Below are positions 1 to 9,229 of a DNA stretch of 64,000 bases, piece after piece. The stretch's first letter is position 1. Every line of letters begins with the position of its first letter. Origin of the DNA: an uncultured Planctomycetales bacterium (GTDB lineage: Bacteria; Planctomycetota; Phycisphaerae; UBA1845; Fen-1342); contig CAYXIO010000010.1 in NCBI GenBank assembly GCA_964465125.1, positions 9,244 through 73,243 on the forward strand. Direction: 5' to 3'. A model generated the notes under the pieces. It searched no databases, had not been told where the DNA came from, and was given only the letters and a program-made list of their open reading frames with translations. The translations under genes were made by a program, and so were the position numbers.

Positions 1-2826
1 GTGATTCAGCTTAAGAGCGCCCAGGCCGCCCAGCTCACCGACAAGCTCAAGAAGCTGTGGGAGGACCGGACCAAGGCCCTGCACGGCGACAAGAACACCG
101 CGCGCGACAGTGCGCTGTTTCACGCCGACGAACGCAGCAACAAGCTGATTGTCCTGGCGAGCGATGATGTCTACGACATGGTCGAAGACCTCGTGCTCCA
201 GCTTGACGCCTCTGACAAGTACAGCGTCGTGGATATGCGCTATCGGGCGCTGGCCCACGCCGACGCGGTGAAGCTCAAGAACCTGCTTGAAGAGACGTTC
301 AAGAGCAAGAAGGACGCCGAGAAGGCCAGCAACAAGGACGCCGCGGACACGCTCTCTGTCCTCGCGGACACGCGCAGCAACTCGCTGCTTTTGACCGGCA
401 CGCGCGATTACCTCGACGAAGCCGAGCGGCTGGTTGCGCAACTCGATCAGAAGTTCGACCCGACCGTCGAGTTCAAGGCCCGCAAGGTCAAGCTCAACAC
501 GGCCCCCAACGTGGCGTCGCTCTTGAAGGAGATGGTCGAAAAGGCCCTGGCGACGAAGGACTCCAAGCTCAGCGGCACGCCGATCCATGTGTCCGCGGAC
601 CCGGTTTCGGACAGCCTGCTGATCGCGGCGGCCCATGAGGACATGGAACTCGTGGAACGCTGGGTGGACATTCTCGACCGGCCCAGCGAGGTCGGCCGCA
701 TGACTCGCATCATCCCGCTCGCGCGGGCCACGGCCGACAGCGTCGCGAAGGCCGTGCAGGACATCTTCAAGAGCAAGGGCGGCGGGGGCGGCGGCAAGGG
801 CGGCGAGATCGACGTGGCCATCTCCGCCGACAAGGCCACGAACGCGGTGGTCGCGTTTGGCCCGCCGGCGCTCGTCAAAGACGTGGAAGAGTTCGTGCGG
901 CAGCTTGACGCCACGACGGCGACCAAGAGCACGATCGTCCGCATCTTCAAGCTCGAGCAGGCGTCCGCCCAGGACGCCGGCGAGCTGCTGAACCGCATCC
1001 TCGAACTCCGCGGCGGCTCCGTCGGCGGAACCGGCGGGGGCGGCGGCGGCGGAACGTCCGGCGGCCTGAAGGACGAAGAGAAACAGATTCTGCTGGTGTT
1101 CCAGCGGCAGCTTCCCGACCTGGGGCTGGAAACCCTGAAGGCCATCCGCAAAGACGTGACGGTGATCTCCGATGTGCGCACGAACGCGCTGGTCGTCACG
1201 GCCCCGGCGGACAGCATGGAACTGATGGAAGAACTGGTGAAGACGGTCGATGTCCCGCCGCAGGACGCGAAAATCCGCGTCTTCCGCCTGCGCAACTCCG
1301 ACGCTGAGCAGATGGTCAAGACGCTCGAAACGCTCTTCGAGCGCAAGACCACGGGCCGCCAGGGTGGCTCCGCCGCCGGCGGTGACCAGCCCGAGCGCGT
1401 GCTGACGATCGGCGAAGGGCTCGGCGGCGAAGGCGGCCGCCAGGAGATCGCCTTCACCACCGACGTGCGGACCAATTCCGTGATCGCCGCGGGCACGGCG
1501 GGTTACCTGAACCTCGCCGAGCAGACCATCATGGAGCTCGACACGGTCCCGCTCACCGACCGCGTGACGTTTGTCTATGCCCCGCGGAACATCAAGGCCA
1601 AGTCGCTGGTGCCGTCGCTCAAGGACTTCAGCGACGCCGAGCAAAACCGCCTCAAGGACATCGGCAAGGACGTGTCGATCGGCGCGAAACAGGAGCGGCA
1701 GATCGTCGCGATCGCGAACGAGGACGCCAACCGCGTGATCCTCAGCGTCGATCCGCGCTTCCAGGACTCGGTGATGGATGTGGTTAAGCAGCTTGACCAG
1801 CCCCCGCCACAGGTGCTGATCCAGGTGCTGATCGTCGAAGTCACCATGTCGAACTCGCTCGACCTCGGCGTCGAATTCGCGTTCCAGGATCTCCAGTACG
1901 CCAAGGCCGGCGTCGGCGACACGACCACCTTCGATTTCGTCGGCGGCACCGACATCGGTTCCGCCGGCAGCGGTCTGGGCGGCTTCAGCTTCACGATCAC
2001 CGGTGCCGACTTCAACTTCCTGTTCCGCACGCTCCAGAGCGAGAACAACCTCCAGGTCCTCAGTCGGCCGCAGATCGTCGCCCAGGACAACCAGAAGGCC
2101 TCGCTCGAGATCGGCGACGACGTGCCCTACATCAGCGGGACGGCGACCACCACCGGCGGCGTGACCAGCGTCAACGTCGCCCGCGAAAAAGTCGGCATCA
2201 AGCTCGAAGTGACGCCGCAGATCAACCCCGACGGCTACGTGCGCATGGAGATCAAGCAGGAGGTGTCGGACATCACCGGCTCGACGGTCGCCGTTGGCCA
2301 GGGTGTGACGGCCCCGGTCTTCTTCCGCCGCAACGCGAACACGACCTTGACCGTCAAGGACAATGAGACGGTCTTGCTCGGCGGACTGATCACGTCGCGC
2401 ACGGAGAACAAAGAGACCAAGGTGCCGATCGTCGGCGACATCCCCGGTCTGGGCCTGCTCTTCCGCAACCAGAACGACAACACCAAGCGGACGGAGTTGC
2501 TGGTCGTGCTCACGCCGCACGTCGTCCGCACGATCGAGGAATTCCAAGAACTGTCGCTGGCCCAGCGGGACGCGACGGAGCTGGTACCGGTCGAAATCCT
2601 CACCGACCCGCTGTTGCAGGGCCTGCGCGTCGAGCCGGAAGCCACGCCGGGCCTCGAGGGCGAGCTGGTGGAACCCGCCATGCAGGACGCGGTCCGTCGC
2701 GAAGAGCTGGGCGTGGATGAGGATGAATACGGTCCGGTCCGGCCGACGCTGCGTGTCGAGCCGAAGCGCGAATCCGACCCGGATTCCTACGACGTGCCGG
2801 TGACGCTGCGCAGCGCGCGCCGGTAG
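1..2826 (+). CDS. gspD: Secretin (GspD/PilQ family), N-terminus cut by the window edge
   Basis: The ORF is open from base 1 and has no signal peptide. It has about seven tandem secretin-N-type modules (e.g. NKLIVLASDDVYDMVEDLVLQLD, NALVVTAPADSMELMEELVKTVD). The C-terminal secretin core is present: VLSRPQIVAQDNQKASLEIGDDVPY ... VPIVGDIPGLGLLFR ... TELLVVLTPHVV. Confidence 0.85.
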   Translation: MIQLKSAQAAQLTDKLKKLWEDRTKALHGDKNTARDSALFHADERSNKLIVLASDDVYDMVEDLVLQLDASDKYSVVDMRYRALAHADAVKLKNLLEETFKSKKDAEKASNKDAADTLSVLADTRSNSLLLTGTRDYLDEAERLVAQLDQKFDPTVEFKARKVKLNTAPNVASLLKEMVEKALATKDSKLSGTPIHVSADPVSDSLLIAAAHEDMELVERWVDILDRPSEVGRMTRIIPLARATADSVAKAVQDIFKSKGGGGGGKGGEIDVAISADKATNAVVAFGPPALVKDVEEFVRQLDATTATKSTIVRIFKLEQASAQDAGELLNRILELRGGSVGGTGGGGGGGTSGGLKDEEKQILLVFQRQLPDLGLETLKAIRKDVTVISDVRTNALVVTAPADSMELMEELVKTVDVPPQDAKIRVFRLRNSDAEQMVKTLETLFERKTTGRQGGSAAGGDQPERVLTIGEGLGGEGGRQEIAFTTDVRTNSVIAAGTAGYLNLAEQTIMELDTVPLTDRVTFVYAPRNIKAKSLVPSLKDFSDAEQNRLKDIGKDVSIGAKQERQIVAIANEDANRVILSVDPRFQDSVMDVVKQLDQPPPQVLIQVLIVEVTMSNSLDLGVEFAFQDLQYAKAGVGDTTTFDFVGGTDIGSAGSGLGGFSFTITGADFNFLFRTLQSENNLQVLSRPQIVAQDNQKASLEIGDDVPYISGTATTTGGVTSVNVAREKVGIKLEVTPQINPDGYVRMEIKQEVSDITGSTVAVGQGVTAPVFFRRNANTTLTVKDNETVLLGGLITSRTENKETKVPIVGDIPGLGLLFRNQNDNTKRTELLVVLTPHVVRTIEEFQELSLAQRDATELVPVEILTDPLLQGLRVEPEATPGLEGELVEPAMQDAVRREELGVDEDEYGPVRPTLRVEPKRESDPDSYDVPVTLRSARR

Positions 2827-2842
2827 TGCGATAGGCGGAGCC

Positions 2843-3448
2843 GTGCAAACGAGATGGCACATAGCGGGTGGCATGGGCATTCTGCCCGTGCTCCTGAGTG
2901 GTTTGGCGCTGCTCGCGGCGGGCTGCAACGCCCCCGGCGGTCTGCGCGATGACATCGTCACCGCCTACCACTACTACCGCGTGCCGCCCTGGATCTTCAA
3001 CGAAGAGGGCCGCGTCACCGGCTTGGCCGCCCGCGTCTACTTCGTTCCCGCCGGCAGCAACAAGGGCTTCTTCGTGCCTGGGACGATCAAGGCCGCGCTG
3101 CACCAGCGCACGCGTCGTCCGGATGGCACGTACGAGCGGACGCTCGCGCACGAGTGGCGGTTCGACCAACGCCAGGCGGAGGGCTTCCAGGTCGTCAAAC
3201 GCTCGACGCTCGGCGATTCGTACGGCTTCGTGCTCCGCTGGCCGCAGGAGTTGGATTTGAGCGGACGTGAGATCGAAATCCGCTTCAGCTATGTCCGCCT
3301 GGACGGCCGCTTGATCCAGGGTCGCCCGACGCCGCTGCCCGAGCCGGTGCCGAGCGGCGCTCCGCTCCCGGCGTCTCAGGCCGCGCCGCCGCCCCAGCGT
3401 GTTGAAACTGCTGCGCGGTCGGCGCCGCCCCCGCGCGAGAAACAGTGA
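2843..3448 (+). CDS. Putative lipoprotein, unknown function
   Basis: Signal peptide with lipobox LLAAGC. It starts 16 nt after the secretin stop and has a Pro/Ala-rich tail. An alternative start is the Met at 2873. Confidence 0.5.
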   Translation: MQTRWHIAGGMGILPVLLSGLALLAAGCNAPGGLRDDIVTAYHYYRVPPWIFNEEGRVTGLAARVYFVPAGSNKGFFVPGTIKAALHQRTRRPDGTYERTLAHEWRFDQRQAEGFQVVKRSTLGDSYGFVLRWPQELDLSGREIEIRFSYVRLDGRLIQGRPTPLPEPVPSGAPLPASQAAPPPQRVETAARSAPPPREKQ

Positions 3449-3942
3449 TGTTCTGGTGGCGGTTTGCGCTCGCGGTGCTGGCCGTCTTTGTGGTGCAGAC
3501 GACGGTGCTGCCGCAATTCGCGTCGCCGGCGGTGGACCTGCTGCTGACGCTCGCGCTCTACTATGCGTGGACTGCGCCGCTGCTGGACGCCCGGCTCGCG
3601 GCCTGGCTGACGGGGCTGGTGCAGGACGTGGGTACGCAAGGTCCGCTCGGCCTGCACGCCCTGGCCTGCGGCCTGGCGGCCTGGCTGCTCACAAGCTGGC
3701 GCGAGCACGTGAATCGCGACGTGTGGTGGGTGCGCTGGATCGTCGGCAGCGCGGCGGTTTTCCCGATGCGGCTGCTCGTGGCGGCGCAGCAGCGCTACTG
3801 GCAGGGGCTGACCGGCTCGTGGCCGCGGCTGCTGCTCGACGCATTCCTGACGTCCGTGGTCGCAGGTCTGCTCGCGGCCCTGGCGGTCGGCGTGCCCACA
3901 CTCCTGCGTCGTCGCCGGCGGGGGCTGATGATGCGTTGGTAG
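3445..3942 (+). CDS. Small polytopic membrane protein, MreD-like pattern (tentative)
   Basis: GTGATG overlap with the upstream stop. About 5 hydrophobic segments. AAWLTGLVQDVGTQGPLGLHALACGLAAWLL resembles the conserved MreD core, but no mreB/mreC is adjacent. Confidence 0.4.
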   Translation: MMFWWRFALAVLAVFVVQTTVLPQFASPAVDLLLTLALYYAWTAPLLDARLAAWLTGLVQDVGTQGPLGLHALACGLAAWLLTSWREHVNRDVWWVRWIVGSAAVFPMRLLVAAQQRYWQGLTGSWPRLLLDAFLTSVVAGLLAALAVGVPTLLRRRRRGLMMRW

Positions 3943-4102
3943 TCGTGTGCTACCGTCCCGGCGCGCCGGGGCGGTGGCACATGGCGTGCCGCTCCCGAGC
4001 CGCGGGATTCATCCCGCGCGCCGCAGGTCGAGTGGACGGGGGCGCGCAGCATGAATGCTGCGGCTCCGGCGTTGCCTTGTTGCCTTGTTGCCTTCCTGGC
4101 GT

Positions 4103-5926
4103 CTACTCTCCCAGATGTTGCCGCACCGCCAGCCAGTACGCTCGCCGCGCCGGCTGAGACTGGCGGGCCGCAACTTGCCCGATCATGCTGCGCAGCAGCG
4201 CATGGCGCGTGGCGGAAACGTGGCCGAGAAATGCGCTTGCCAAGTCCCCGGCTGCCAGACGCTGCTCCTCTCCGGCGCCGCAGCCCTCGCACGGCTGCCC
4301 CAGTCGGGCGGTGAACGCCGGGATGTCGTCGAAGTCCAACACTCCATCGCAATTGCAGTCGGCGTGATATGTCATACTCTCGGCCAGGCCCGGGAAGGCG
4401 TCCGCGTACGATGCCGGGCCCGATAATGCCATAACAAACGGACCGAGGTCGTCGAAATCAACATCAGCCTGATTGTCCATGTCGCCCACACAGAATGTCG
4501 TTTCGAAAAGCGAGGCTTCGGGAGCGTTCCCAGAATAGACCTGTTCGACTAGGACGATCTCCGCGTATGGCCCGAACCGGTCCTCGGCGTCGTAGCCGTC
4601 GAAGTCTACGGTGCAGAACTCGCCACCTACGCTGCCTTCGCCGCCGAGGCCCTTCTCGAACACGATCCGGGCCGGGTTCTCCGCGGTTCCGGCGAACCAC
4701 CCATCGATCGCGATTCCGCCGCCATGCTCGACCGGGTTGTTGGCCTTATTAAGGAGCTTCCCGGTCGAAATCAGGGTTCCCGACCAGTTCTCACCGACTT
4801 CAATCCGGCCCGTGACGTCGCCGTACACGTTTCCATCCGGCAGATAGGAACCCATCAGCGCCAGCGTCCCGGTCAGGCCGACGGGCGTCTCGGGGCTGCC
4901 CACGACAAAGCGATCGACCAATAGGTCAGCCGACAAGATCCCGGAGCAGCCGCTCTGAAGGTCCAGTTCCCCGAGATCGCCGTCTATGTCTACAGTGCCA
5001 CGAACATTGGCCGCACAGGATAACAGGTCGCAATGCCCGAGGACATGCAGGATCCCGTCCAATTCAGCCGGTGGGTCTTCGTGGGGTGACACGTAGCCTT
5101 GATACAAATCACCGTGGAGCACGACCGACGCCCCTGCCGCCAGCCCGCCGTTCAGCTCCAGCCGGGGCGTGAAGAAACCGTAGAGCTCGACGCGGGCCGG
5201 CGCTGCCACAACGTTCCCGAAGATGGCGAAGTATACCACGCCATACGCCTCGACTGTCCCTGTTGTCGTCCCAGCAATCACGATTTGGCGAATAAGAGAT
5301 GGCCCTTCAAGGCGTAGCAGCCCTCCAAAGTCACCGGCGATGGTGATCCAGGGCATCGTCGGGTTCGTCCAGCAGGCGCTGCCGGCGTGGAGATTGGCCA
5401 GCGAACGGCAAGTCAGCCTTGCGGTGAAGCAGTCCACAGAGATGTCATGCACGATCATCCCGGCGTCTGGGGCGTCGAGGTCGCCGACTTCGCATACCCC
5501 GCTCATCGATGCGGCCGCGACTACGTCCACCGTGGCCAAGTTGCCGCTCAGCTTCATGCTGCCTATCGCGCCCTCGACGCCGGGGGCATCCAGGTCAATC
5601 GTGCCCACGTCACGGGCACCATACTCATGGCCATTGTGGCCGACGATCGTGATTTCCACGGGACCGGCGTCCGGGTCGGCCTCGATGCGGTTGATGTCGC
5701 CGGGGCCCTGGTAAACGCCATTGTCCTCAAGTGTCGCTTCGAGCTGAAAGGTCTGCCCTGCGACACCTGCGAGAATCGTCACGCGGTTGTCTGGTGGGTC
5801 GAAGATTCGGTAGTGGACACCTGCCTCGAGATTGGGGTTGTGCTGATAGATCACGTTGACGGGGTCGGCGAGCGCGCACATTCCAAGGCACGCTCCCAGT
5901 GCCCAGACCAAGACTGTTGCTCTCAT
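4103..5926 (-). CDS. Secreted protein with C-terminal Cys-flanked dockerin-like (GC-type dockerin-like) pair
   Basis: Signal peptide MRATVLVWALGACLGMCALA and an AGGAG 8 nt upstream of the ATG. The C-terminal region has DNQADVDFDDLGPFVMAL and CNCDGVLDFDDIPAFTARLGQPC. Confidence 0.7.
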   Translation of the reverse strand: MRATVLVWALGACLGMCALADPVNVIYQHNPNLEAGVHYRIFDPPDNRVTILAGVAGQTFQLEATLEDNGVYQGPGDINRIEADPDAGPVEITIVGHNGHEYGARDVGTIDLDAPGVEGAIGSMKLSGNLATVDVVAAASMSGVCEVGDLDAPDAGMIVHDISVDCFTARLTCRSLANLHAGSACWTNPTMPWITIAGDFGGLLRLEGPSLIRQIVIAGTTTGTVEAYGVVYFAIFGNVVAAPARVELYGFFTPRLELNGGLAAGASVVLHGDLYQGYVSPHEDPPAELDGILHVLGHCDLLSCAANVRGTVDIDGDLGELDLQSGCSGILSADLLVDRFVVGSPETPVGLTGTLALMGSYLPDGNVYGDVTGRIEVGENWSGTLISTGKLLNKANNPVEHGGGIAIDGWFAGTAENPARIVFEKGLGGEGSVGGEFCTVDFDGYDAEDRFGPYAEIVLVEQVYSGNAPEASLFETTFCVGDMDNQADVDFDDLGPFVMALSGPASYADAFPGLAESMTYHADCNCDGVLDFDDIPAFTARLGQPCEGCGAGEEQRLAAGDLASAFLGHVSATRHALLRSMIGQVAARQSQPARRAYWLAVRQHLGE

Positions 5927-5987
5927 GAGCCATGCTCCTATTACGAGTTACAAGCGCCAAACTGTCTACCGGTGCTCCACGGTGGTC

Positions 5988-6647
5988 TCACCCGCGCGGT
6001 TTCAGAATCACGAGACTGCCGCTCAGCACCAACCAAAACGCAAGCGGTTCCGGTACCACGCCGAACCGCACGTAATCCCAATGTGTCAAGCTAATTTCGC
6101 CCTGCGTCGATTCGCCCCAATGCACAAGCGATGCACTTACAGACGTCCAGAAGGCACCGGTGTAGACCAAAACACCGTCCACGTACAGGGCATAGTACGT
6201 CAGCAGGTCGGGTGATCGGAACTCGAAATCGTGAAAGACCCCGGGTTCGAATGTCGCGACCGTGCCGACGCCACCGACATGCACGCCGTCCCACTCGATG
6301 TCGAATGCCGCCGCCCTCCGTTGATCAGAGTAGATGCCAACGGAAGCGCCTATCGTCCCCTGAAGCTGACTGAGGCAGAGCCGCCAAGCGGCCACAAAGT
6401 ACTGTCCGGGGTCCGGATCCAAGGCACCGGGGCGCCACCAGCCGTACGCCTCGCTGATGCCGGGGTTGGCGAGCGTGTCAATCACGAGCGCACCATCCTC
6501 GAACCAGCGCTGCGCCCCGCCGCCGGAGGTGTAGCGCGTCCAGCCCTCGTCTTCGGGAAACCCCGCGTTCGCCTCGTATGAAACCCAGTACGGTTCGCCC
6601 AGCCCGACGGCTGCCGCCGCGCCGAGGCAAAGCAAGGCTACTACCAT
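5988..6647 (-). CDS. PEP-CTERM-anchored secreted protein
   Basis: Internal ATG at 6647 gives the signal peptide MVVALLCLGAAAAVGLG. The C-terminus VPEPLAFWLVLSGSLVILKPRG is a PEP-CTERM sorting motif. The longer ORF to 7010 has an Arg-rich, implausible N-terminus. Confidence 0.7.
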   Translation of the reverse strand: MVVALLCLGAAAAVGLGEPYWVSYEANAGFPEDEGWTRYTSGGGAQRWFEDGALVIDTLANPGISEAYGWWRPGALDPDPGQYFVAAWRLCLSQLQGTIGASVGIYSDQRRAAAFDIEWDGVHVGGVGTVATFEPGVFHDFEFRSPDLLTYYALYVDGVLVYTGAFWTSVSASLVHWGESTQGEISLTHWDYVRFGVVPEPLAFWLVLSGSLVILKPRG

Positions 6648-7424
6648 TTGAGGGTATGTACGCACGGTCACTCTCTCTGGCGTGCCGGCGGCCCCGCACT
6701 GGCGCATCTGCCCCTTGTGGGCCGAGCCGTCTGCACGCCCAGCACCAACAGTTACTCTCACGCTGGTGTCGGGAGTCCGCCCCGGTCTGCACAAGCCCCG
6801 GGGGTGCAACCCTGCACACCCTATAAGTACATGACAAGTATAGTCTGAAAAGCCGCCGCGGCCAAGCCGGTTTCTCGCAATGCGGCGTTTGTGTTTTCTT
6901 AACACGTGGTGGTTCAAGTGCTTACAATCGGCGCGCGACGCAATTCGCAGCCGTCGCCCGCCCGGAACACCGCCCGCCGGATCGGCAGCGGCTGCGGTGG
7001 CCGGGGGCATTGACGCTCAGGTCGCGCCGCTCAAGTAGTCCATGGCGGGCGTCCGCCGCGGCGACGAGCTCCGACAGTAGCCACCCGAAACGCGGCCCGG
7101 AGCGCCTATGAGAACTCCGCCCGTGCCGGCGCGCCTGCAAATTGGATGGCCGCAACGAGCACGGCCAGGCCGTCCGGCTCGCCCGCGCCGCGGACCTGCT
7201 GCCGCGGCCATCCGCCCCCGTGACGGCGAAGCAGCCGAGTCGGCCCGCGGCGCAGCCGACCCCGGACGCCGTCCGCGGCGATCGCGGACAGCTCGCGGAG
7301 GTCCGCGGGCCAGCCACTGCGCCATAGGAGCGTGCCGCCGGCCGCGGCGCACACACGCGGGGGCGACATTGCGGGCGGAAGCGACGGGTTCTATACTCCC
7401 GCGGCGAAAAGCGGAGCGCGTCGC

Positions 7425-7658
7425 GTGCCGATCTACGAATTTCACTGTCCAAGGTGCCAGGCCCGATTCGAGGAACTGGTCCGCTCTGACGCCGCGGCCG
7501 ACGGGGTCGTCTGCCCGCAGTGCGGACACCGGCGCGTCGAGCGGCAATTCAGCGTGTTTTCCGCCCACGCCGCCCAGGCCCGCGCGACGGCGCCGCCGCC
7601 GGGCGGTTGCGGCGGCTGCGGTGCGAGCGGGATGTGTCCGCTGGCTGGAGGAAGTTGA
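7425..7658 (+). CDS. FmdB-family zinc-ribbon protein
   Basis: A GTG start gives VPIYEFHCPRCQARFEELV...VCPQCGH..VERQFS plus a C-terminal GGCGGCG tail. This is the typical FmdB/CxxC-CxxC signature. Confidence 0.75.
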   Translation: MPIYEFHCPRCQARFEELVRSDAAADGVVCPQCGHRRVERQFSVFSAHAAQARATAPPPGGCGGCGASGMCPLAGGS

Positions 7659-7700
7659 GCGCCGCCAACAGAACCCACCACGCGAGTGGTGGGTCGTCAG

Positions 7701-7762
7701 CCCCGCACGGGCGTGCGGGGTTCTGAAAGTCGCCGGCCCCGCACTGGCGTGCGGGGTTCTGA
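7701..7762. repeat. Two tandem copies of a 26-nt hairpin unit (family F)
   Basis: ccccgcacgggcgtgcggggttctga at 7701-7726 and ccccgcactggcgtgcggggttctga at 7737-7762. Each contains ccccgcac/gtgcgggg inverted arms. A partial copy ccccgcactggcg is at 6692-6704. Confidence 0.8.
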
Positions 7763-7793
7763 TGGGCGCGGAACTGCTCCGAAGGAGCCGCGA

Positions 7794-8324
7794 TTGCCCG
7801 CATCCAAGACCGATGTCGTCATTAAGGCCATCCAGGCGGGGCTGCTGAGCTGGCTGGTGCCGGGCGTCGGCCACTGGCGGCTTGGACACCGTGGGCTGGC
7901 CGTCGTGTTCTTCGTCGCCGTCAGTCTGCCGTATTGGACCGGCGTTGCGTTCGGCGGGATTCTCGATTCGATCAACCCGCGGACGAACAAGTGGGTGTTT
8001 CTGGCGGCCTGCGGCGTCAGTGGGTACACCGTTCCGGGGTTCTTCGTCAGCCAGACGATTGAGCGGAGCGTCCTGCGCGAGTCGGGCTTGCGGGCGGTCC
8101 CCGACTCGCTGCGTGCTCCGGAAGACCAGGTGCGGTTCGTCGAAGTGCGGAAACGGTACATGTCGTTTTTCCCGGAGTCGGATGTCGCGCAGATCTACAT
8201 CGCCAGCGCCGGGCTGCTGAACCTGCTCGTCATCCTGGACGCGATTGCCCGGGCCCAGACCGGCGGGTTGCCGACGTTCCACCGCGAGTTGGAGCCGACG
8301 GCGGCGGAAGGGGTCAGCACGTGA
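7794..8324 (+). CDS. Membrane protein, unknown function
   Basis: In-frame TTG at 7794, 6 nt after GAAGGAG. There is no in-frame ATG before the first TM segment. AGLLSWLVPGVGHWRLGHRGLAVVFFV-type N-terminal TM motif. Confidence 0.55.
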   Translation: MPASKTDVVIKAIQAGLLSWLVPGVGHWRLGHRGLAVVFFVAVSLPYWTGVAFGGILDSINPRTNKWVFLAACGVSGYTVPGFFVSQTIERSVLRESGLRAVPDSLRAPEDQVRFVEVRKRYMSFFPESDVAQIYIASAGLLNLLVILDAIARAQTGGLPTFHRELEPTAAEGVST

Positions 8325-8575
8325 GTTGTACGGTTGCATCGCTGTGTCTCGGCTGGCTGTTCGTACACCCGCTGACCCTGCCGGCGGGGGCGCGCTTCTG
8401 GATGATGCTGCCGCTCGTCGCGTGCGTCGCTACGGTCTATCGCGCGACGCGGGCGCGGACGCCCGGCGAACTGCCCAGGGCGACGATCGTCAGCTTCGTG
8501 ACGATCATCGGGGGCATGGCAGCGATCGCGGCGGGGTTCTATGCGGTCCACATCCTGGCTAAGCTGTACCTGTAG
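8321..8575 (+). CDS. Small membrane protein
   Basis: GTGA start/stop overlap with the upstream gene. Three hydrophobic segments in 84 aa. Confidence 0.45.
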   Translation: MSCTVASLCLGWLFVHPLTLPAGARFWMMLPLVACVATVYRATRARTPGELPRATIVSFVTIIGGMAAIAAGFYAVHILAKLYL

Positions 8576-8620
8576 ACGCTCGACCCGGATCGGATCGCAC
8601 GGTGATGTCGGAGGTGCGCG

Positions 8621-9079
8621 ATGGCGGCGAACATCGACGAAGAACTCGGCCAGCGGTTGCAGGACGAGCACAAGGCGCTGCTCCAGCTCAGCCAGATGCT
8701 GAAGGCGCACATCGCCGCCGCGACCGGCAGCGATCCGACGCGCTGGCTGGAAGGGCTGCGGGTCGCGTTTGACCGGCTGCACGCGCATATCGAGCGGTGC
8801 ATCGCGATGAAGGAGCGGGACGGCTATCTCGAGACGATCCTGCGCGAATACCCGGCGCTCGCCCGGCAGGTGGAGGCGATTCGGGCCGAGCACGGTCAGC
8901 TCCTGCGCCTGGGGGACGGCGTGCGCAAGGACCTCGCCACCGCCCGCCCGGCGGACCGGCTGGTACTCGACGACCTGTGTGCCCGCGTCGAGCGTCTGCT
9001 GGCGGTCATCACGCAGCACGAGCAACGGGAGAACATGATCGTGCTGTTCGCGCTGAATCAGGATTTGGGGAGCTTCTGA
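8621..9079 (+). CDS. Hemerythrin/HHE-like helical protein (tentative)
   Basis: GGAGG precedes the ATG. Spaced His/Glu motifs are present: DEHKALL, LHAHIERC, AEHGQLL, QHEQRE. Confidence 0.45.
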   Translation: MAANIDEELGQRLQDEHKALLQLSQMLKAHIAAATGSDPTRWLEGLRVAFDRLHAHIERCIAMKERDGYLETILREYPALARQVEAIRAEHGQLLRLGDGVRKDLATARPADRLVLDDLCARVERLLAVITQHEQRENMIVLFALNQDLGSF

Positions 9080-9229
9080 ACGGCCTGACACCCTGTGCGG
9101 AGGTGCTCGGTCGGGCCGGCGAATGCTGATGCGCTGCGCGGATCGCTCCCTGCCGGTCGCGGCTCGGATTGCGCTCCCCGGGGGGCGCGGCTCGGAGTTG
9201 GAGTGCGTGGCCACTGTCACGCGGCGCGG

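Noticed and set aside
7017-8339. 440-aa minus-strand ORF (and 7108..7848 +, 7697..8161 -) spanning the FmdB and membrane-protein region
   Set aside because: The translations are Arg/Pro/Gly-rich with no motifs. They lie antisense or out of frame to ORFs with recognisable features. These are typical shadow ORFs of GC-rich DNA.
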